DNA from: Longimicrobiales bacterium
Lineage (GTDB): Bacteria > Gemmatimonadota > Gemmatimonadetes > Longimicrobiales > Gaopeijiaceae
Assembly: GCA_965203485.1 (NCBI GenBank)
Contig: OZ241892.1
Coordinates: 1,120,001-1,184,000, forward strand
DNA: 64,000 nt
Direction: 5' to 3'
Below, piece by piece: positions 39,973-50,324 of this stretch. The stretch's first letter is position 1, and every line of letters starts with the position of its first letter. The position numbers and the translations under genes were made by a program. Under the pieces are notes generated by a model that saw only the letters and a list, made by a program, of their open reading frames with translations, made no database searches and was not told the origin of the DNA.

Positions 39973-41246
39973 GCAGGCTCGACTCGGGGCTCTGGTTCGT
40001 CGTGGCGGGCGCGGCCAAGGTGCTCGTCGTCTTCACCGTGATCATGGTGGTGGTCGCCTACATGACGCTTGCGGAGCGCCGCGTGTCCGCCTTCATCCAG
40101 GACCGGCTGGGGCCCAACCGCGTCGGCCGCTTCGGATGGCTGCAGCCGATCGCCGACGGCATCAAGAACATCCTCAAGGAGGAGACGATGCCTGGAACGG
40201 CGTCGCGCTTCTACTTCCTCCTGGGCCCGGCGCTGGCGATCATCCCGGCGCTCGCCACGTTCGCCGTGATTCCGTTCGCCGCTCCGCTGCCCACGCCGGC
40301 GGGAGCGGTGGACATGATCGTGGCGGACGTGCCCGTGGGCGTCCTCTACGTCCTCGCTCTCTCCTCGCTGGCCGTGTACGGCGTCGTGCTGGCGGGCTGG
40401 GCCTCCAACAACAAGTACGCGTTTCTGGGCGGCCTGCGGGCGTCGGCCCAGATGATCTCCTACGAGGTGGCGCTCGGGCTGAGCTTGATCGCGGTGCTGC
40501 TGCTCGCGGGCAACGTCACGCTTACGGAGGTCGTTCGCCAGCAGCAGCAGATGGGACTGTGGTTCGTCCTGCCGCTCTCGCTGGCCTTCGTGTTCTTCGT
40601 GATCTCGGCCTTCGCGGAAACCAACCGGCTCCCGTTCGACATGCCCGAGGCCGAGTCGGAGCTCGTCACGGGCTATCACACGGAGTACTCCGCCATGAAG
40701 TTCTCGATGTTCTTCATCGCCGAGTACGCGCACGTGCTGACGGCCTCCGCGCTGATGGCCACGCTCTTCTTCGGCGGATGGGACGTGCCTTTCTGGAAGG
40801 GCGACGACATGTTCTGGCACGACGGCGCCTGGATCCGCGGCTTCGACGCGAGCGGAGCCGCGATTCCCGCGCAGCCCAGCGTCTGGATCACGCTGGCGAC
40901 GCTGGCGTCCTTCGTCGCCAAGACGGCGTTCTTCCTGCTGCTGTTCATCTGGGTGCGCTGGACGCTGCCGCGCTTCCGCTACGACCAGGTCATGCACTTG
41001 GGCTGGAAGGTGATGTTGCCCGCGGCCCTGGGCTACGTCGTCCTCATGGCCGGGACGATGCTTGTGCTGGCGCAGCTCGGCGTGGAGTTCGGCATGCGGT
41101 ACGGACTCGCGCTCACCGGCGTGAGCGGGCTCGCCACGGTGGCTTTCCTGTTCTTCGTGGACCGCGACCGCATCATCGGCGGCGCGCACGCCAAGCGAAG
41201 GCCGATTCGGCGCCGGTTCGCAGCAACCGGGGCCTCCGCCGAATAG
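39969..41246 (+). CDS. nuoH: NADH-quinone oxidoreductase subunit H
   Basis: ERRVSAFIQDRLGPNRVG, ADGIK, RASAQMISYE, ETNRLPFDMPEAESEL, LPRFRYDQ. Confidence 0.96.
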   Translation: MSRLDSGLWFVVAGAAKVLVVFTVIMVVVAYMTLAERRVSAFIQDRLGPNRVGRFGWLQPIADGIKNILKEETMPGTASRFYFLLGPALAIIPALATFAVIPFAAPLPTPAGAVDMIVADVPVGVLYVLALSSLAVYGVVLAGWASNNKYAFLGGLRASAQMISYEVALGLSLIAVLLLAGNVTLTEVVRQQQQMGLWFVLPLSLAFVFFVISAFAETNRLPFDMPEAESELVTGYHTEYSAMKFSMFFIAEYAHVLTASALMATLFFGGWDVPFWKGDDMFWHDGAWIRGFDASGAAIPAQPSVWITLATLASFVAKTAFFLLLFIWVRWTLPRFRYDQVMHLGWKVMLPAALGYVVLMAGTMLVLAQLGVEFGMRYGLALTGVSGLATVAFLFFVDRDRIIGGAHAKRRPIRRRFAATGASAE

Positions 41247-41264
41247 GCCCGAAAGGAGAAGCTG

Positions 41265-41765
41265 ATGGCAATATCGGTCAAGGTCGTTCGCCGTCCCGAG
41301 GCGGGGCGCACGTCCTACATGCGCGCCACTCTCAAGGGCATGAGCCTGACGTTCCGCCACTTGGTGAGCCCGCAGAAGGTGACGCTCGAGTATCCGGAGG
41401 AACAGCCCGACCTGCACCCGCGCTGGCGCGGGACGCACCGAATGGAAGTGCACGCCGACGGACGGCCGAAGTGCGTTGCCTGCGGCCTTTGCCCCACGGT
41501 CTGCCCGGCCAACTGCATCCGCTTGGTCGGAGGCGAGGACGACCAAGGCGCCCGCTATCCGATCGTCTACGAGATCGACGAGTTCCGTTGCATCTTCTGC
41601 GGCATGTGCCAGGAAGTGTGTCCCGTCGAGGCGATCCACGTGGGGCGCCACTTCGAGAACGCCGAGTACGAGCGCGACCGCTTCGTGTACGACCTCGACC
41701 GGCTGATGGACCAGGAGCACTCGACGACGCTGCTGTGGGATCCGTCGGACCCGCGTTCCGAATGA
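41265..41765 (+). CDS. nuoI: NADH-quinone oxidoreductase subunit I
   Basis: [12 protein letters not shown] and [12 protein letters not shown]. Confidence 0.95.
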   Translation: MAISVKVVRRPEAGRTSYMRATLKGMSLTFRHLVSPQKVTLEYPEEQPDLHPRWRGTHRMEVHADGRPKCVACGLCPTVCPANCIRLVGGEDDQGARYPIVYEIDEFRCIFCGMCQEVCPVEAIHVGRHFENAEYERDRFVYDLDRLMDQEHSTTLLWDPSDPRSE

Positions 41766-42301
41766 CGGACGTCCTCTTCTTCGTCTTCGCGGTGGTCGCC
41801 GTCGTCGGCGCATGCGGCGTCGTTGCGGGACGCAGCCCCGTCGCCAGCCTGCTCTTCATGGTGGGCGCCCTGGCCAGCGTTGCCGGCATCTTCGTGCTGC
41901 TGGAAGCGCACTTCCTGGCCGCCGTGCAGGTGATCGTCTACGCGGGCGCGATCATGGTGCTGTTCCTCTTCGTGATCATGCTCCTCAACTTGGGCCACGA
42001 CTACCGGGCCGACCTCAAGTTCGGCCTGTGGACGCTCCTCGCGGCGGCGGCCTCGGGCTTCACCGGTTGGCTGCTGTGGACCGGCTTCGCCGAGGAGGGA
42101 GCGTCCGGCGCCTTGGGGGGCGACGCGGCCGCGGCGGTGGACGCGGCGGTCGCCGAGAAGGGGGCGGTGGGCGCGATCGCCGATCCCCTCTTCACCGACT
42201 ACGTGGTGGCGTTCGAGATCATCGGCCTGCTTCTGCTCGTGGCGATCGTGGCCGCGGTCGTCCTCGCGAAGCCGCGCGGGAAAGACGCCCGCCAATGCTG
42301 A
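41762..42301 (+). CDS. nuoJ: NADH-quinone oxidoreductase subunit J
   Basis: [35 protein letters not shown]. Confidence 0.94.
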   Translation: MTDVLFFVFAVVAVVGACGVVAGRSPVASLLFMVGALASVAGIFVLLEAHFLAAVQVIVYAGAIMVLFLFVIMLLNLGHDYRADLKFGLWTLLAAAASGFTGWLLWTGFAEEGASGALGGDAAAAVDAAVAEKGAVGAIADPLFTDYVVAFEIIGLLLLVAIVAAVVLAKPRGKDARQC

Positions 42302-42588
42302 CGCACGCGCTGGCGCTGAGCGCGGTCCTCTTCGTGATCGGCACGCTGGGCGTGATCGTCCGCCGCAACGCGATCGTGATGTTCCTGTGCATCGAGCTGC
42401 AGCTGAACGCGGTCAATCTCGCCTTCGTGACGCTGTCGCGGCAGGTGGGAATCGAAGGCCAGCTGTTCGTGTTCTTCGTGATGACGGTCGCCGCCGCCGA
42501 GGCCGCCGTGGGCTTGGCGATCATCATCGCCGTCTTCCGCCATCAGAAGACGGTGCAGGTGGACAAGTTCAATCTGCTCCGCTGGTGA
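42295..42588 (+). CDS. nuoK: NADH-quinone oxidoreductase subunit K
   Basis: [25 protein letters not shown]. Confidence 0.95.
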   Translation: MLTHALALSAVLFVIGTLGVIVRRNAIVMFLCIELQLNAVNLAFVTLSRQVGIEGQLFVFFVMTVAAAEAAVGLAIIIAVFRHQKTVQVDKFNLLRW

Positions 42589-42592
42589 TTCG

Positions 42593-44800
42593 ATGACGGG
42601 AGGCGCGACGACCGGGACGGCGGCTGAACCGGGGACCGTCGCGGGAGCGGGGCCGTGGGCGGCGCTGGCCGGACCGGGCGCCCCGCTCGAGAGCGCGGCT
42701 GAGTGGAGTCCCTTCCTTCCCGGCTTGGTTGTGCTGTTGCCGCTGCTCGGCTTCGCCGTCAACGGCGTGCTGGCCCTCGTTGCTTCGGCGCGGTCGTCCG
42801 CCGAGTTGCGCGCCGGCGCCGAGAGCGGGTCGTCGTCCGGACCCGCCGGGCTCTCGCGCACCCATCGCTGGCCCACCGTCGTCGGGCCCGGCGTCATGAT
42901 TGCCGCGTTCCTGCTGGCCGCCGTCAACTTCTGGCGGATGCTGGGGGCGGACCCGCACGATCCGGTCGTGCAGACGTACTGGACCTGGATGGCCACCTCG
43001 TCGTTGCGGATCGACGTGGCTCTCCAGCTCGACCAGCTGTCGATGATCATGATGCTGGTCGTCACCGGCGTCGGCTCGCTCATCCACGTGTTCAGCGTCG
43101 GATACATGCGCGACGATCCCGGCTATCCGCGCTACTTCGCCTACCTCAACCTGTTCGTGTTCTTCATGCTGGTCCTGGTGCTGGGCGCCGGGTACCCGCT
43201 GATGTTCGTGGGCTGGGAAGGGGTCGGGCTCTGCAGCTACCTGCTCATCGGCTACTGGTTCGCCGACCGCGAGAAGTCCGACGCCGGAAAGAAGGCGTTC
43301 GTCGTCAACCGAATCGGCGACTTCGGCTTTCTCCTGGCCATGTTCCTGCTCTTCGCCACGTTCGGCGCGCTGGACTTCGCGACGGTCGTGGAGGGCGCGC
43401 CGACCGCCTTCGAACACGGCGGCTTGCTGGTGACGGCGATTACGTTGCTGTTCATGTTGGGAGCGGCGGGCAAGAGCGCGCAGGTTCCTCTTCACGTCTG
43501 GTTGCCCGACGCCATGGCCGGGCCCACCCCCGTCTCGGCGCTGATCCACGCCGCGACGATGGTCACCGCCGGCGTCTACATGATCGCCCGCTCGGCGGTG
43601 TTGTTCGCGCTCGCTCCGACCAGCCAGGCGATCGTGGCGGGCATCGGCGCGCTAACCGCCCTGCTGGCGGCGACGATCGCGTTGCAGCAGTACGACATCA
43701 AGAAGGTCCTGGCGTACTCGACGGTCTCGCAGCTCGGCTTCATGGTGCTCGCCGCGGGCGTGGGCGCCTTCACCGCCTCGGTCTTCCACCTCGTCACGCA
43801 CGCCTTCTTCAAGGCGTTGCTGTTCCTGGGCGCCGGCGCCGTGATCCACTCGCTGCACCACGCCTTCCACGAGACCAGCAACAAGGCCGACGCCCAGGAC
43901 ATGCGCAACATGGGCGGACTCTCCAAGCGCATGCCCGCCACGCGCGCGACGATGTGGATCGCCACCCTCGCCATCGCCGGCGTCTACCCGCTGGCCGGCT
44001 TCTTCTCGAAGGACGAGATCATCTGGTACGCGGGCGCTTGGGCCGGCGCGCCGAACAACGTCCACGCCGGGTGGTACGCCGCGTTCTGGGCCGTCGCGCT
44101 CGTCACGGCTCTGCTCACGGCCTTCTACATGACGCGGCTGATGGTGATGACGTTCCACGGCCGGACGCGCCTGAGCGAGGCCGACCGAGGGCATGTACGC
44201 GACGCGCCCTGGGTCATGCGGGCGCCGCTGCTGGTCCTCGCCGTCCTCTCGGTGGCGGGCGGCCTGCTCAACGTGCCGGAGAAGCTGGGCGTGCTGCTCG
44301 GCGGCCTTGCGCCCGCGGAATGGCTGCACCACTGGCTTCACCCGGTCACGCAGGCCGCCGCCGACATCCAGGTCGCCGCGATGGGCGCCGCCAGCGACTA
44401 CGCGCCCGTCGGCGGCGGCGAACTGGTTTGGGCAGGCGCTTCGGGGCTGGCCGCGCTTGCGGTGGTGGCGTTCGCGGCCCTGGCCCTGGCTAAGCGCGCG
44501 TACCGGCCGGCGGCGGAGGATGCGGGGCCGGCCGGCGGACTTCGGCTCGCTCTCTACCGCAAGTGGTACTTCGACGAGGTCTTCGACCGCGCGGTGGTGC
44601 GGCCCGTCCTTGCGGCGTCCCGGTGGTGCTGGAAAGTGGTCGACGCGGTCGTGATCGACGGCTTCGTCAACCTCGCGGCGGCGTCCACGCGCTTGGCCGG
44701 CTGGATCGCGAGCCTCTTTCAGACGGGCCAGGTCAACACGTACGCCTTCGTGCTGGCCCTCGGCGTGCTCGCCGTCCTCGGCGCGGCGTACCTGCAGTGA
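42593..44800 (+). CDS. nuoL: NADH-quinone oxidoreductase subunit L
   Basis: GWEGVGLCSYLLIG, NRIGD, GKSAQ.PL..WLPDAMAGPTPVSALIHAATMV, HAFFKALLFL. Confidence 0.96.
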   Translation: MTGGATTGTAAEPGTVAGAGPWAALAGPGAPLESAAEWSPFLPGLVVLLPLLGFAVNGVLALVASARSSAELRAGAESGSSSGPAGLSRTHRWPTVVGPGVMIAAFLLAAVNFWRMLGADPHDPVVQTYWTWMATSSLRIDVALQLDQLSMIMMLVVTGVGSLIHVFSVGYMRDDPGYPRYFAYLNLFVFFMLVLVLGAGYPLMFVGWEGVGLCSYLLIGYWFADREKSDAGKKAFVVNRIGDFGFLLAMFLLFATFGALDFATVVEGAPTAFEHGGLLVTAITLLFMLGAAGKSAQVPLHVWLPDAMAGPTPVSALIHAATMVTAGVYMIARSAVLFALAPTSQAIVAGIGALTALLAATIALQQYDIKKVLAYSTVSQLGFMVLAAGVGAFTASVFHLVTHAFFKALLFLGAGAVIHSLHHAFHETSNKADAQDMRNMGGLSKRMPATRATMWIATLAIAGVYPLAGFFSKDEIIWYAGAWAGAPNNVHAGWYAAFWAVALVTALLTAFYMTRLMVMTFHGRTRLSEADRGHVRDAPWVMRAPLLVLAVLSVAGGLLNVPEKLGVLLGGLAPAEWLHHWLHPVTQAAADIQVAAMGAASDYAPVGGGELVWAGASGLAALAVVAFAALALAKRAYRPAAEDAGPAGGLRLALYRKWYFDEVFDRAVVRPVLAASRWCWKVVDAVVIDGFVNLAAASTRLAGWIASLFQTGQVNTYAFVLALGVLAVLGAAYLQ

Positions 44801-46545
44801 GTTCGCTGCTCGCTTCGGTCGCCTACGACTCGTGGGCGCTCCACTTCCTGGTGCTGGGCCCGCTTGCGGGGATGCTGCACGTGCTGGCCGCCCCCGCCGC
44901 CCGGGCCAAGCACGTCGCCCTGGCATGGTCGGTGGCCGTGTTCGCCGTCAGCGCAGGACTGTGGTGGGCCTACGATCCCGGCCCCGGCTTCGCGCTCCGC
45001 TCGTCCGCGCCTTGGATTCCGGGCTGGGGCGCGGAGTACGCGCTGGGCGTCGACGGCATCTCCTTGTTCATGGTCATGCTGTCCGCCCTCACCACGCCGG
45101 TCGCTGTCCTCGCCTCCTTCAAGTACATAGAGACGCGCCAGAAGGCGTTCTACGCCCTGATGCTGCTCCTGGCGGCGGGCGTCTCGGGCGTCTTCCTGGC
45201 GACGGACGTTTTTCTCTTCTACGTGTTCTTCGAGCTCACGCTGGTGCCGATGTACTTCATCGTCGGCATCTGGGGCGGCGAGCGGCGCATCTACGCCGCC
45301 GTCAAGTTCTTCCTCTACACGGCGCTCGGATCGCTGCTCATGCTGGCGGCGATTCTCTACGTCTACTTCAAGACTCCGACGGCCTCGTTCAGCTACGCGG
45401 CGTTCCTGGCCGCCGACCTGACGCTGAGCGAGCAGCTCTGGCTCTTTGGCGCCTTCGCGGCGGCGTTCGCCATCAAGGTGCCGGTCTTCCCCCTGCACAC
45501 GTGGTTGCCGGACGCCCACGTCGAGGCCCCCACGCCGGGCTCGGTCGTCTTGGCCGCGGTGCTCCTGAAGGTGGGCGCGTACGGATTTCTGCGCTTCCTG
45601 CTGCCCCTCTTTCCGGATGCGGCGCAGCACCCCGGGGTCGTGGCGACGATGCTGGCGCTGGGCGTCGCGGGCATCGTCTACGCGGCTTGGGTGGCCGCCG
45701 TCCAGCCGGACGCCAAGAAGCTCGTGGCGTACACCTCGGTGGCGCACATGGGCTTCGTGGTCGTCGGCGTCTTTGCGCTCACGGCCAACGGCCTCGTAGG
45801 CGGCTTGATGGTCATGATCAGCCACGGCGTCTCCACGGGCGCGCTGTTCCTGTTGCTCGGGATGATGTACGAGCGCCGCCGCACGCGCCGGATCGAGGAC
45901 TTCGGCGGCCTGGCCAGAGTCGCGCCGCTGTTCTCCACCGCCTTCGTGATCACGGCGCTCGCGTCGATCGGGTTGCCCGGCACGAGCGGCTTCGTCGGCG
46001 AGTTCCTTGCGCTTCTGGGCCTGTTCGAGCGCCACCCGGTTGCGGCGGCGGTGGCCGCGACAGGCGTGATCTTCGCCGCGTACTACATGCTCCCGATGGT
46101 CCAGAAGATCCTTTTCAACAAGCTGGACAAGCCGGAGAACCGGTCGTTCCGCGACCTCTCCCGGCGGGAGTCGGTGATCTTGGCGCCCCTGGTGGCGCTG
46201 ATGATCTGGATCGGCGTGCACCCGGCGCCGGTGCTCGACCGCATGGGTCCCAGCGTGGACGCCGTGCTGGAGCGGGTGCGGGACGCCGGCGGCAGTTCCG
46301 CCGGTGCGGCGTTGTCGGCTGATGGCGTTGCCGTCGCAGTGGGCGCGGCTCGGTCGGCCAGCCAACCGGCGGCGGGCCGGTCGGCGTCCGCGAGCGTCGG
46401 TGGCGCGCTGGCCGGGCCGCCCCAGCCGACGCCGAATCGGCCGGATGCCGTGGGCCGCGGCGGCGAACCGAGGGCGAGTCAGCCGGCGGCCTTGAATCGG
46501 GGCGGCGGCGCGCCGGACCGGTCGGAGAGGGAGCGTACGCCGTGA
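44797..46545 (+). CDS. nuoM: NADH-quinone oxidoreductase subunit M (with a ~90 aa low-complexity C-terminal tail)
   Basis: FYVFFE, K.P.FPLHTWLPDAHVEAPT, LLKVG.YG, AYTSVAHMG, GLPGTSGFVGE. Confidence 0.96.
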   Translation: MSSLLASVAYDSWALHFLVLGPLAGMLHVLAAPAARAKHVALAWSVAVFAVSAGLWWAYDPGPGFALRSSAPWIPGWGAEYALGVDGISLFMVMLSALTTPVAVLASFKYIETRQKAFYALMLLLAAGVSGVFLATDVFLFYVFFELTLVPMYFIVGIWGGERRIYAAVKFFLYTALGSLLMLAAILYVYFKTPTASFSYAAFLAADLTLSEQLWLFGAFAAAFAIKVPVFPLHTWLPDAHVEAPTPGSVVLAAVLLKVGAYGFLRFLLPLFPDAAQHPGVVATMLALGVAGIVYAAWVAAVQPDAKKLVAYTSVAHMGFVVVGVFALTANGLVGGLMVMISHGVSTGALFLLLGMMYERRRTRRIEDFGGLARVAPLFSTAFVITALASIGLPGTSGFVGEFLALLGLFERHPVAAAVAATGVIFAAYYMLPMVQKILFNKLDKPENRSFRDLSRRESVILAPLVALMIWIGVHPAPVLDRMGPSVDAVLERVRDAGGSSAGAALSADGVAVAVGAARSASQPAAGRSASASVGGALAGPPQPTPNRPDAVGRGGEPRASQPAALNRGGGAPDRSERERTP

Positions 46546-48038
46546 CGCTCGACTACGCCTCCAGCTTCCACTACTTGGTGGCGTTGCTGCCGGAGCTGCT
46601 CGTGTTCGTGGGAGGGATGGCCGTGCTGCTCGCGGGCGTCTCCAAGCGCGACGGCGAACGGCGGCCGGAGCTGGGCTGGGCGACCCTGGGGGTTTTGGCG
46701 GCGGCCGCCGTCGCGAACGGCTGGCTCTACTCGGTGAGCGAGAACGGCGCCACGGCCATGATCGCCGTGGACGACTTCCGCCTCTTCGCCAACTGGATCT
46801 TCATCGTGGGCGCGGCTCTCGCGATCGCGATATCGCTGGCCTACGTGTCGCGCCAGCGCCTCCAGGCGGCCGAGTACTACGCGCTGATCGCGTTCGCGAC
46901 GGTCGGCATGATGGTGATGGCGGCGGCCCGCGACCTGATGATCGTCTTCCTGGGCATGGAGACGATGTCCATCGCGGTGTACGCGCTGGCCGCCTTCAAC
47001 CGCCGCGACCCGCGCTCCGCCGAGGCCGGCCTCAAGTACTTCCTGCTCGGCGCGTTCGCGAGCGGCTTCCTGCTGTTCGGCATCGCGCTGGTCTACGGCG
47101 CGGCGGGAAGCACCAACTTGCACGCGATTGCGGTCGCCGTGCAGGACGGCGCCGCGGCGAGCAGCCTGATGATCCCGGGCGTCGCCCTGCTCGTGACCGG
47201 CTTCGCGTTCAAGGTGTCGGCCGTGCCCTTCCACATGTGGACTCCGGATGCCTACGAAGGGGCGCCGACTCCGGTGACCGCGTTCATGGCGTCGACGGTC
47301 AAGGCGGCCGCTTTCATCGCGCTGGCGCGGATACTCTTCGTCGGCCTCGACGGCGTCTACCAAGAATGGTGGCGCATCCTCTGGTGGCTCGCGGCGGTAA
47401 CGATGGTCGCGGGCAACTTGGTGGCGGTCGTGCAGTCCAGCATCAAGCGGATGCTGGCCTACTCGTCCATCGCGCACGGGGGATATCTTCTCGTCGCGCT
47501 GGTGGCCGCCAACGACTTGGCCGCCGCGGGGCTCCTCTTCTACCTCTTCGTGTACACGGTAATGAACATCGGCGCCTTCGCCGTGGTCGTCACCGTCGGG
47601 CGGCAGTCAGAACGCAACGCCGCCGTCGAGAGCTACGCCGGATATGGATGGCGAAGACCGGTCCTGGGCACCCTGATGACGCTGTTCCTCCTGTCGCTGG
47701 CGGGCTTCCCGGGCACCGGCGGCTTCATGGCCAAGTTCTACTTGCTGCAGGGCGCGGCCGACGCGGGCCTGTGGTCGCTCATAGTCGTCTTGGTCGTCAC
47801 CACGTTGGTCTCGTACTGGTACTACCTGCGCGTGGCTTGGTTCATGTGGATGAAGGAGGCCCCGGCGGAAGCGGCCCGAGCGGCCCGAGCCACGCCGTTC
47901 GCCATCTACGTGGTGCTGATCATCTGCGCCGGCCTGGTCTTGGTGACGGGCGTCTTCCCAGGCGCGGCGATCGACTTCGCGCAGGCATCCGTGGACGGAC
48001 TGCGACACTTGGTGGCGGGTGCCGCGCCGGATGGTTGA
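46542..48038 (+). CDS. nuoN: NADH-quinone oxidoreductase subunit N
   Basis: SAEAGLKYFLLG, FKVSAVPFHMWTPDAYEGAP, KRMLAYSSIAH.GY, SLAGFP. Confidence 0.96.
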   Translation: MTLDYASSFHYLVALLPELLVFVGGMAVLLAGVSKRDGERRPELGWATLGVLAAAAVANGWLYSVSENGATAMIAVDDFRLFANWIFIVGAALAIAISLAYVSRQRLQAAEYYALIAFATVGMMVMAAARDLMIVFLGMETMSIAVYALAAFNRRDPRSAEAGLKYFLLGAFASGFLLFGIALVYGAAGSTNLHAIAVAVQDGAAASSLMIPGVALLVTGFAFKVSAVPFHMWTPDAYEGAPTPVTAFMASTVKAAAFIALARILFVGLDGVYQEWWRILWWLAAVTMVAGNLVAVVQSSIKRMLAYSSIAHGGYLLVALVAANDLAAAGLLFYLFVYTVMNIGAFAVVVTVGRQSERNAAVESYAGYGWRRPVLGTLMTLFLLSLAGFPGTGGFMAKFYLLQGAADAGLWSLIVVLVVTTLVSYWYYLRVAWFMWMKEAPAEAARAARATPFAIYVVLIICAGLVLVTGVFPGAAIDFAQASVDGLRHLVAGAAPDG

Positions 48039-48433
48039 TCAACCCGTGGATATGCAACCGCCGAGCGGCAAGAAGTCGTTCCTTGACGCGGCGGAACAAG
48101 TGTTGCAAGCCTTGAACCCCGGTGAGCAACTGCACTATGGCGAAATCGCACGGCGGGCCCTGGAAGAAGAACTCATCGTGGAAAAGCGCCAGACTCCGGA
48201 CGCGACGTTGAGGGCGAAGATCAGAACGGACATACGTCGGCGGGAGGTACGGGGCGACCCACAACGCTTCGTGCGCGGCGGGCGCGGCATGTATGGTTTG
48301 GCCGACGATCGCGTGTCGGGACCCATACCCAAGGAGATTTCCCGGCACAACAGGGAGGCGCGGGACCAGCTCCTTGAGCAAGCGAGAAAGGGGTCTTCTG
48401 ACGAGTTCGAGGGTCTCGTTGAGAGACTACTAG

Positions 48434-49288
48434 AGCCTATCTCAAAAAGCATGATGGGTTGCGATGGGCCGGGGAGTTGTTCATCTTCGAGGCATGACGA
48501 CGGTGAAGCTGAGCGACGAGCAGTGGGAGCGGATTCGCCACCACTTCCCCGAGGAAGCGCAAAAGGGGAAGCGGCTGGGGCGGCCGCCGGTGCCCGCTCG
48601 GCGCGTGTTCGAGGCAGCGCTGTGGATTCTGCACACGGGCGCCCAGTGGAGCTTTCTGCCGCAACACTATCCGAACTACAAGACCGTGCACCAGAGGTTC
48701 CAGACTTGGATCCGGACGGGCGTGCTCGAACGGGTGCTGAGGGACTTGGCGGGGGAAGCGAGGCAACGGGGTCTCTTCGACGGCACGGAGGCATACGTGG
48801 ACGCGTCGTTCGCGCGGGCGAAGGGAGGCGGGGCGGGCGTGGGAAACACCAAGGCGGGCAAGGGCGTGAAGATCATGGCGGTCGTGGACCGTTGCGGTCT
48901 TCCGCTGTCGTTGAGCACGCATCCTGCGAATCCTCACGAGGCGACGCTCGTCCAGTTGTCGCTGGACTTGGCGTTCACGGACGACACGCCGGCAAACTTG
49001 ATCGGCGACAAGGCGTACGACAGCGACCCGCTGGACGCGGCCTTGCGTGCGCGAGGCATCGAGATGATCGCGCCGCACCGGCGCAATCGAACGCGGCCGC
49101 GGACGCAGGACGGTCGTCGGCTTCGGCGGGCGAAGCGACGATGGATTGTCGAGCGGTTCTTCGGGTGGATGCAGTGGAAGCGCCGGCTGTTGGTCCGTTG
49201 GGAATATCATCCCGAGAACTTCCTGGCGTTCGTCCAACTGTCCGCCATCTGCATCTTCTTCAACCATCTCGGCTTTTTGAGATAGGTT
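48434..49288 (+). mobile_element. IS5-family insertion sequence, 855 bp, CTAG (or TA) target duplication
   Basis: Left IR AGCCTATCTCAAAAAGC (48434-48450) and right IR GCTTTTTGAGATAGGTT (49272-49288) match 16/17; CTAG at 48430-48433 and 49289-49292. Confidence 0.95.
48494..49285 (+). CDS. IS5-family DDE transposase (single ORF, 263 aa)
   Basis: LSDEQW, GRP, WILHTGAQW..LP, VDAS, G.K...VVD, GDKAYDSD, RWIVERFFGW; the stop codon lies inside the right IR. Confidence 0.93.
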   Translation: MTTVKLSDEQWERIRHHFPEEAQKGKRLGRPPVPARRVFEAALWILHTGAQWSFLPQHYPNYKTVHQRFQTWIRTGVLERVLRDLAGEARQRGLFDGTEAYVDASFARAKGGGAGVGNTKAGKGVKIMAVVDRCGLPLSLSTHPANPHEATLVQLSLDLAFTDDTPANLIGDKAYDSDPLDAALRARGIEMIAPHRRNRTRPRTQDGRRLRRAKRRWIVERFFGWMQWKRRLLVRWEYHPENFLAFVQLSAICIFFNHLGFLR

Positions 49289-50324
49289 CTAGTCGAGATG
49301 GGCTTCGCGGACGTTGAGAAGACGCCTATGAGTCGCGACGGTGGGATCGACGTGCGCGGGACCTTGATCGTAGGCGATGTTGTGCGCATTCGCATGGCCG
49401 TACAGGCAAAGAGATGGAAGCAAGATGTAGGTCCGGCGATTGTGCGGGAGCTTCGAGGAGCGATGGGTCCGGACGAACACGGACTTGTCATCACGACCAG
49501 TGAGTTCACCAAGGGAGCACAAGACGAGGCGACACGCGCTAATGCTCGCTCTGTTGCACTCATGGACGGCAAGCAACTGGCCGACCTCCTTGCCTGGTAC
49601 CAGATTGGGGTGAAACGCAAGGAGCATGCGCTCTTCGTGCTTGATTCTCCCGAATCCGAGCACCGTTGAAACCGACTCTACCGCGCGGGGTCAAGTCGGT
49701 TGAAAGAACGCGGCGATCCGGCGTGAAGAGATGGCGACGAGCTGCCCAGACGAGGATATCCTGGGACTGGATGAGGCCACCTACGGCAAGGGTTGCCGAC
49801 TCGGCCTCCGCCGTCACGGACTAGGATCCATCCAGACGACGGCTCCGGTCCATGTTGCGACTTCATCGCCGAAGTCGGCACCGTGCCCAGTGGCCGACTG
49901 GCTTCTCGGCGAAGGTCGGCGCAGGCCATGGTCTCCGTAGCACGCTCCGCCGCAATTCGGCGGACAACAGTCTTCTTCCTCGCTCTTCCGTCGAGGCATG
50001 TCGGTGTGCCAGTCAACTGCATCGACGGCGCTGCATTCAGCAATGGTTCAACGGATGGCTCCTGTGCACGCATCGTCGCTTCCACGTACTCTCGGCGGCG
50101 GTAGCCGTCAAATAGTGCGGCGAGCGCCATGGCCTGAGCACTGTCGGATTCGCTATTGCCGGCAAATGTCGCCCAACCGTTCGGCGCATCGGCGTCTCCC
50201 TGCGAACGGCGGGCGCTTGTCGGCGACCGGCCCGTGCCGGGCCGCCACCAGCACTCCTTCTTCGTTGTCGTTCGACAGAAATATGCGAGGCATCTACGGA
50301 CGTGAAGTCGCCTCAATCGCCACG

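Larger units (their letters stand above)
48052..49669 (+). pseudogene. mrr: Mrr-family restriction endonuclease with N-terminal winged-HTH (HARE-HTH-like), interrupted by an IS5-family element
   Basis: Removing the IS and one CTAG gives a continuous 252-codon ORF: SFLDAAEQVL...LHYGEIARRA...TPDATLRA / FEGLVERLL|VEMGF...DGGIDV...VQAKRW...VRELRG...GLVITTSEFT...LMDGKQL. Alternative start at 48031. Confidence 0.88.

Noticed and set aside
48019..49317. 432-aa ORF spanning the Mrr N-terminus and the IS
   Set aside because: A chimeric read-through into an alternative IS frame, not a real gene.
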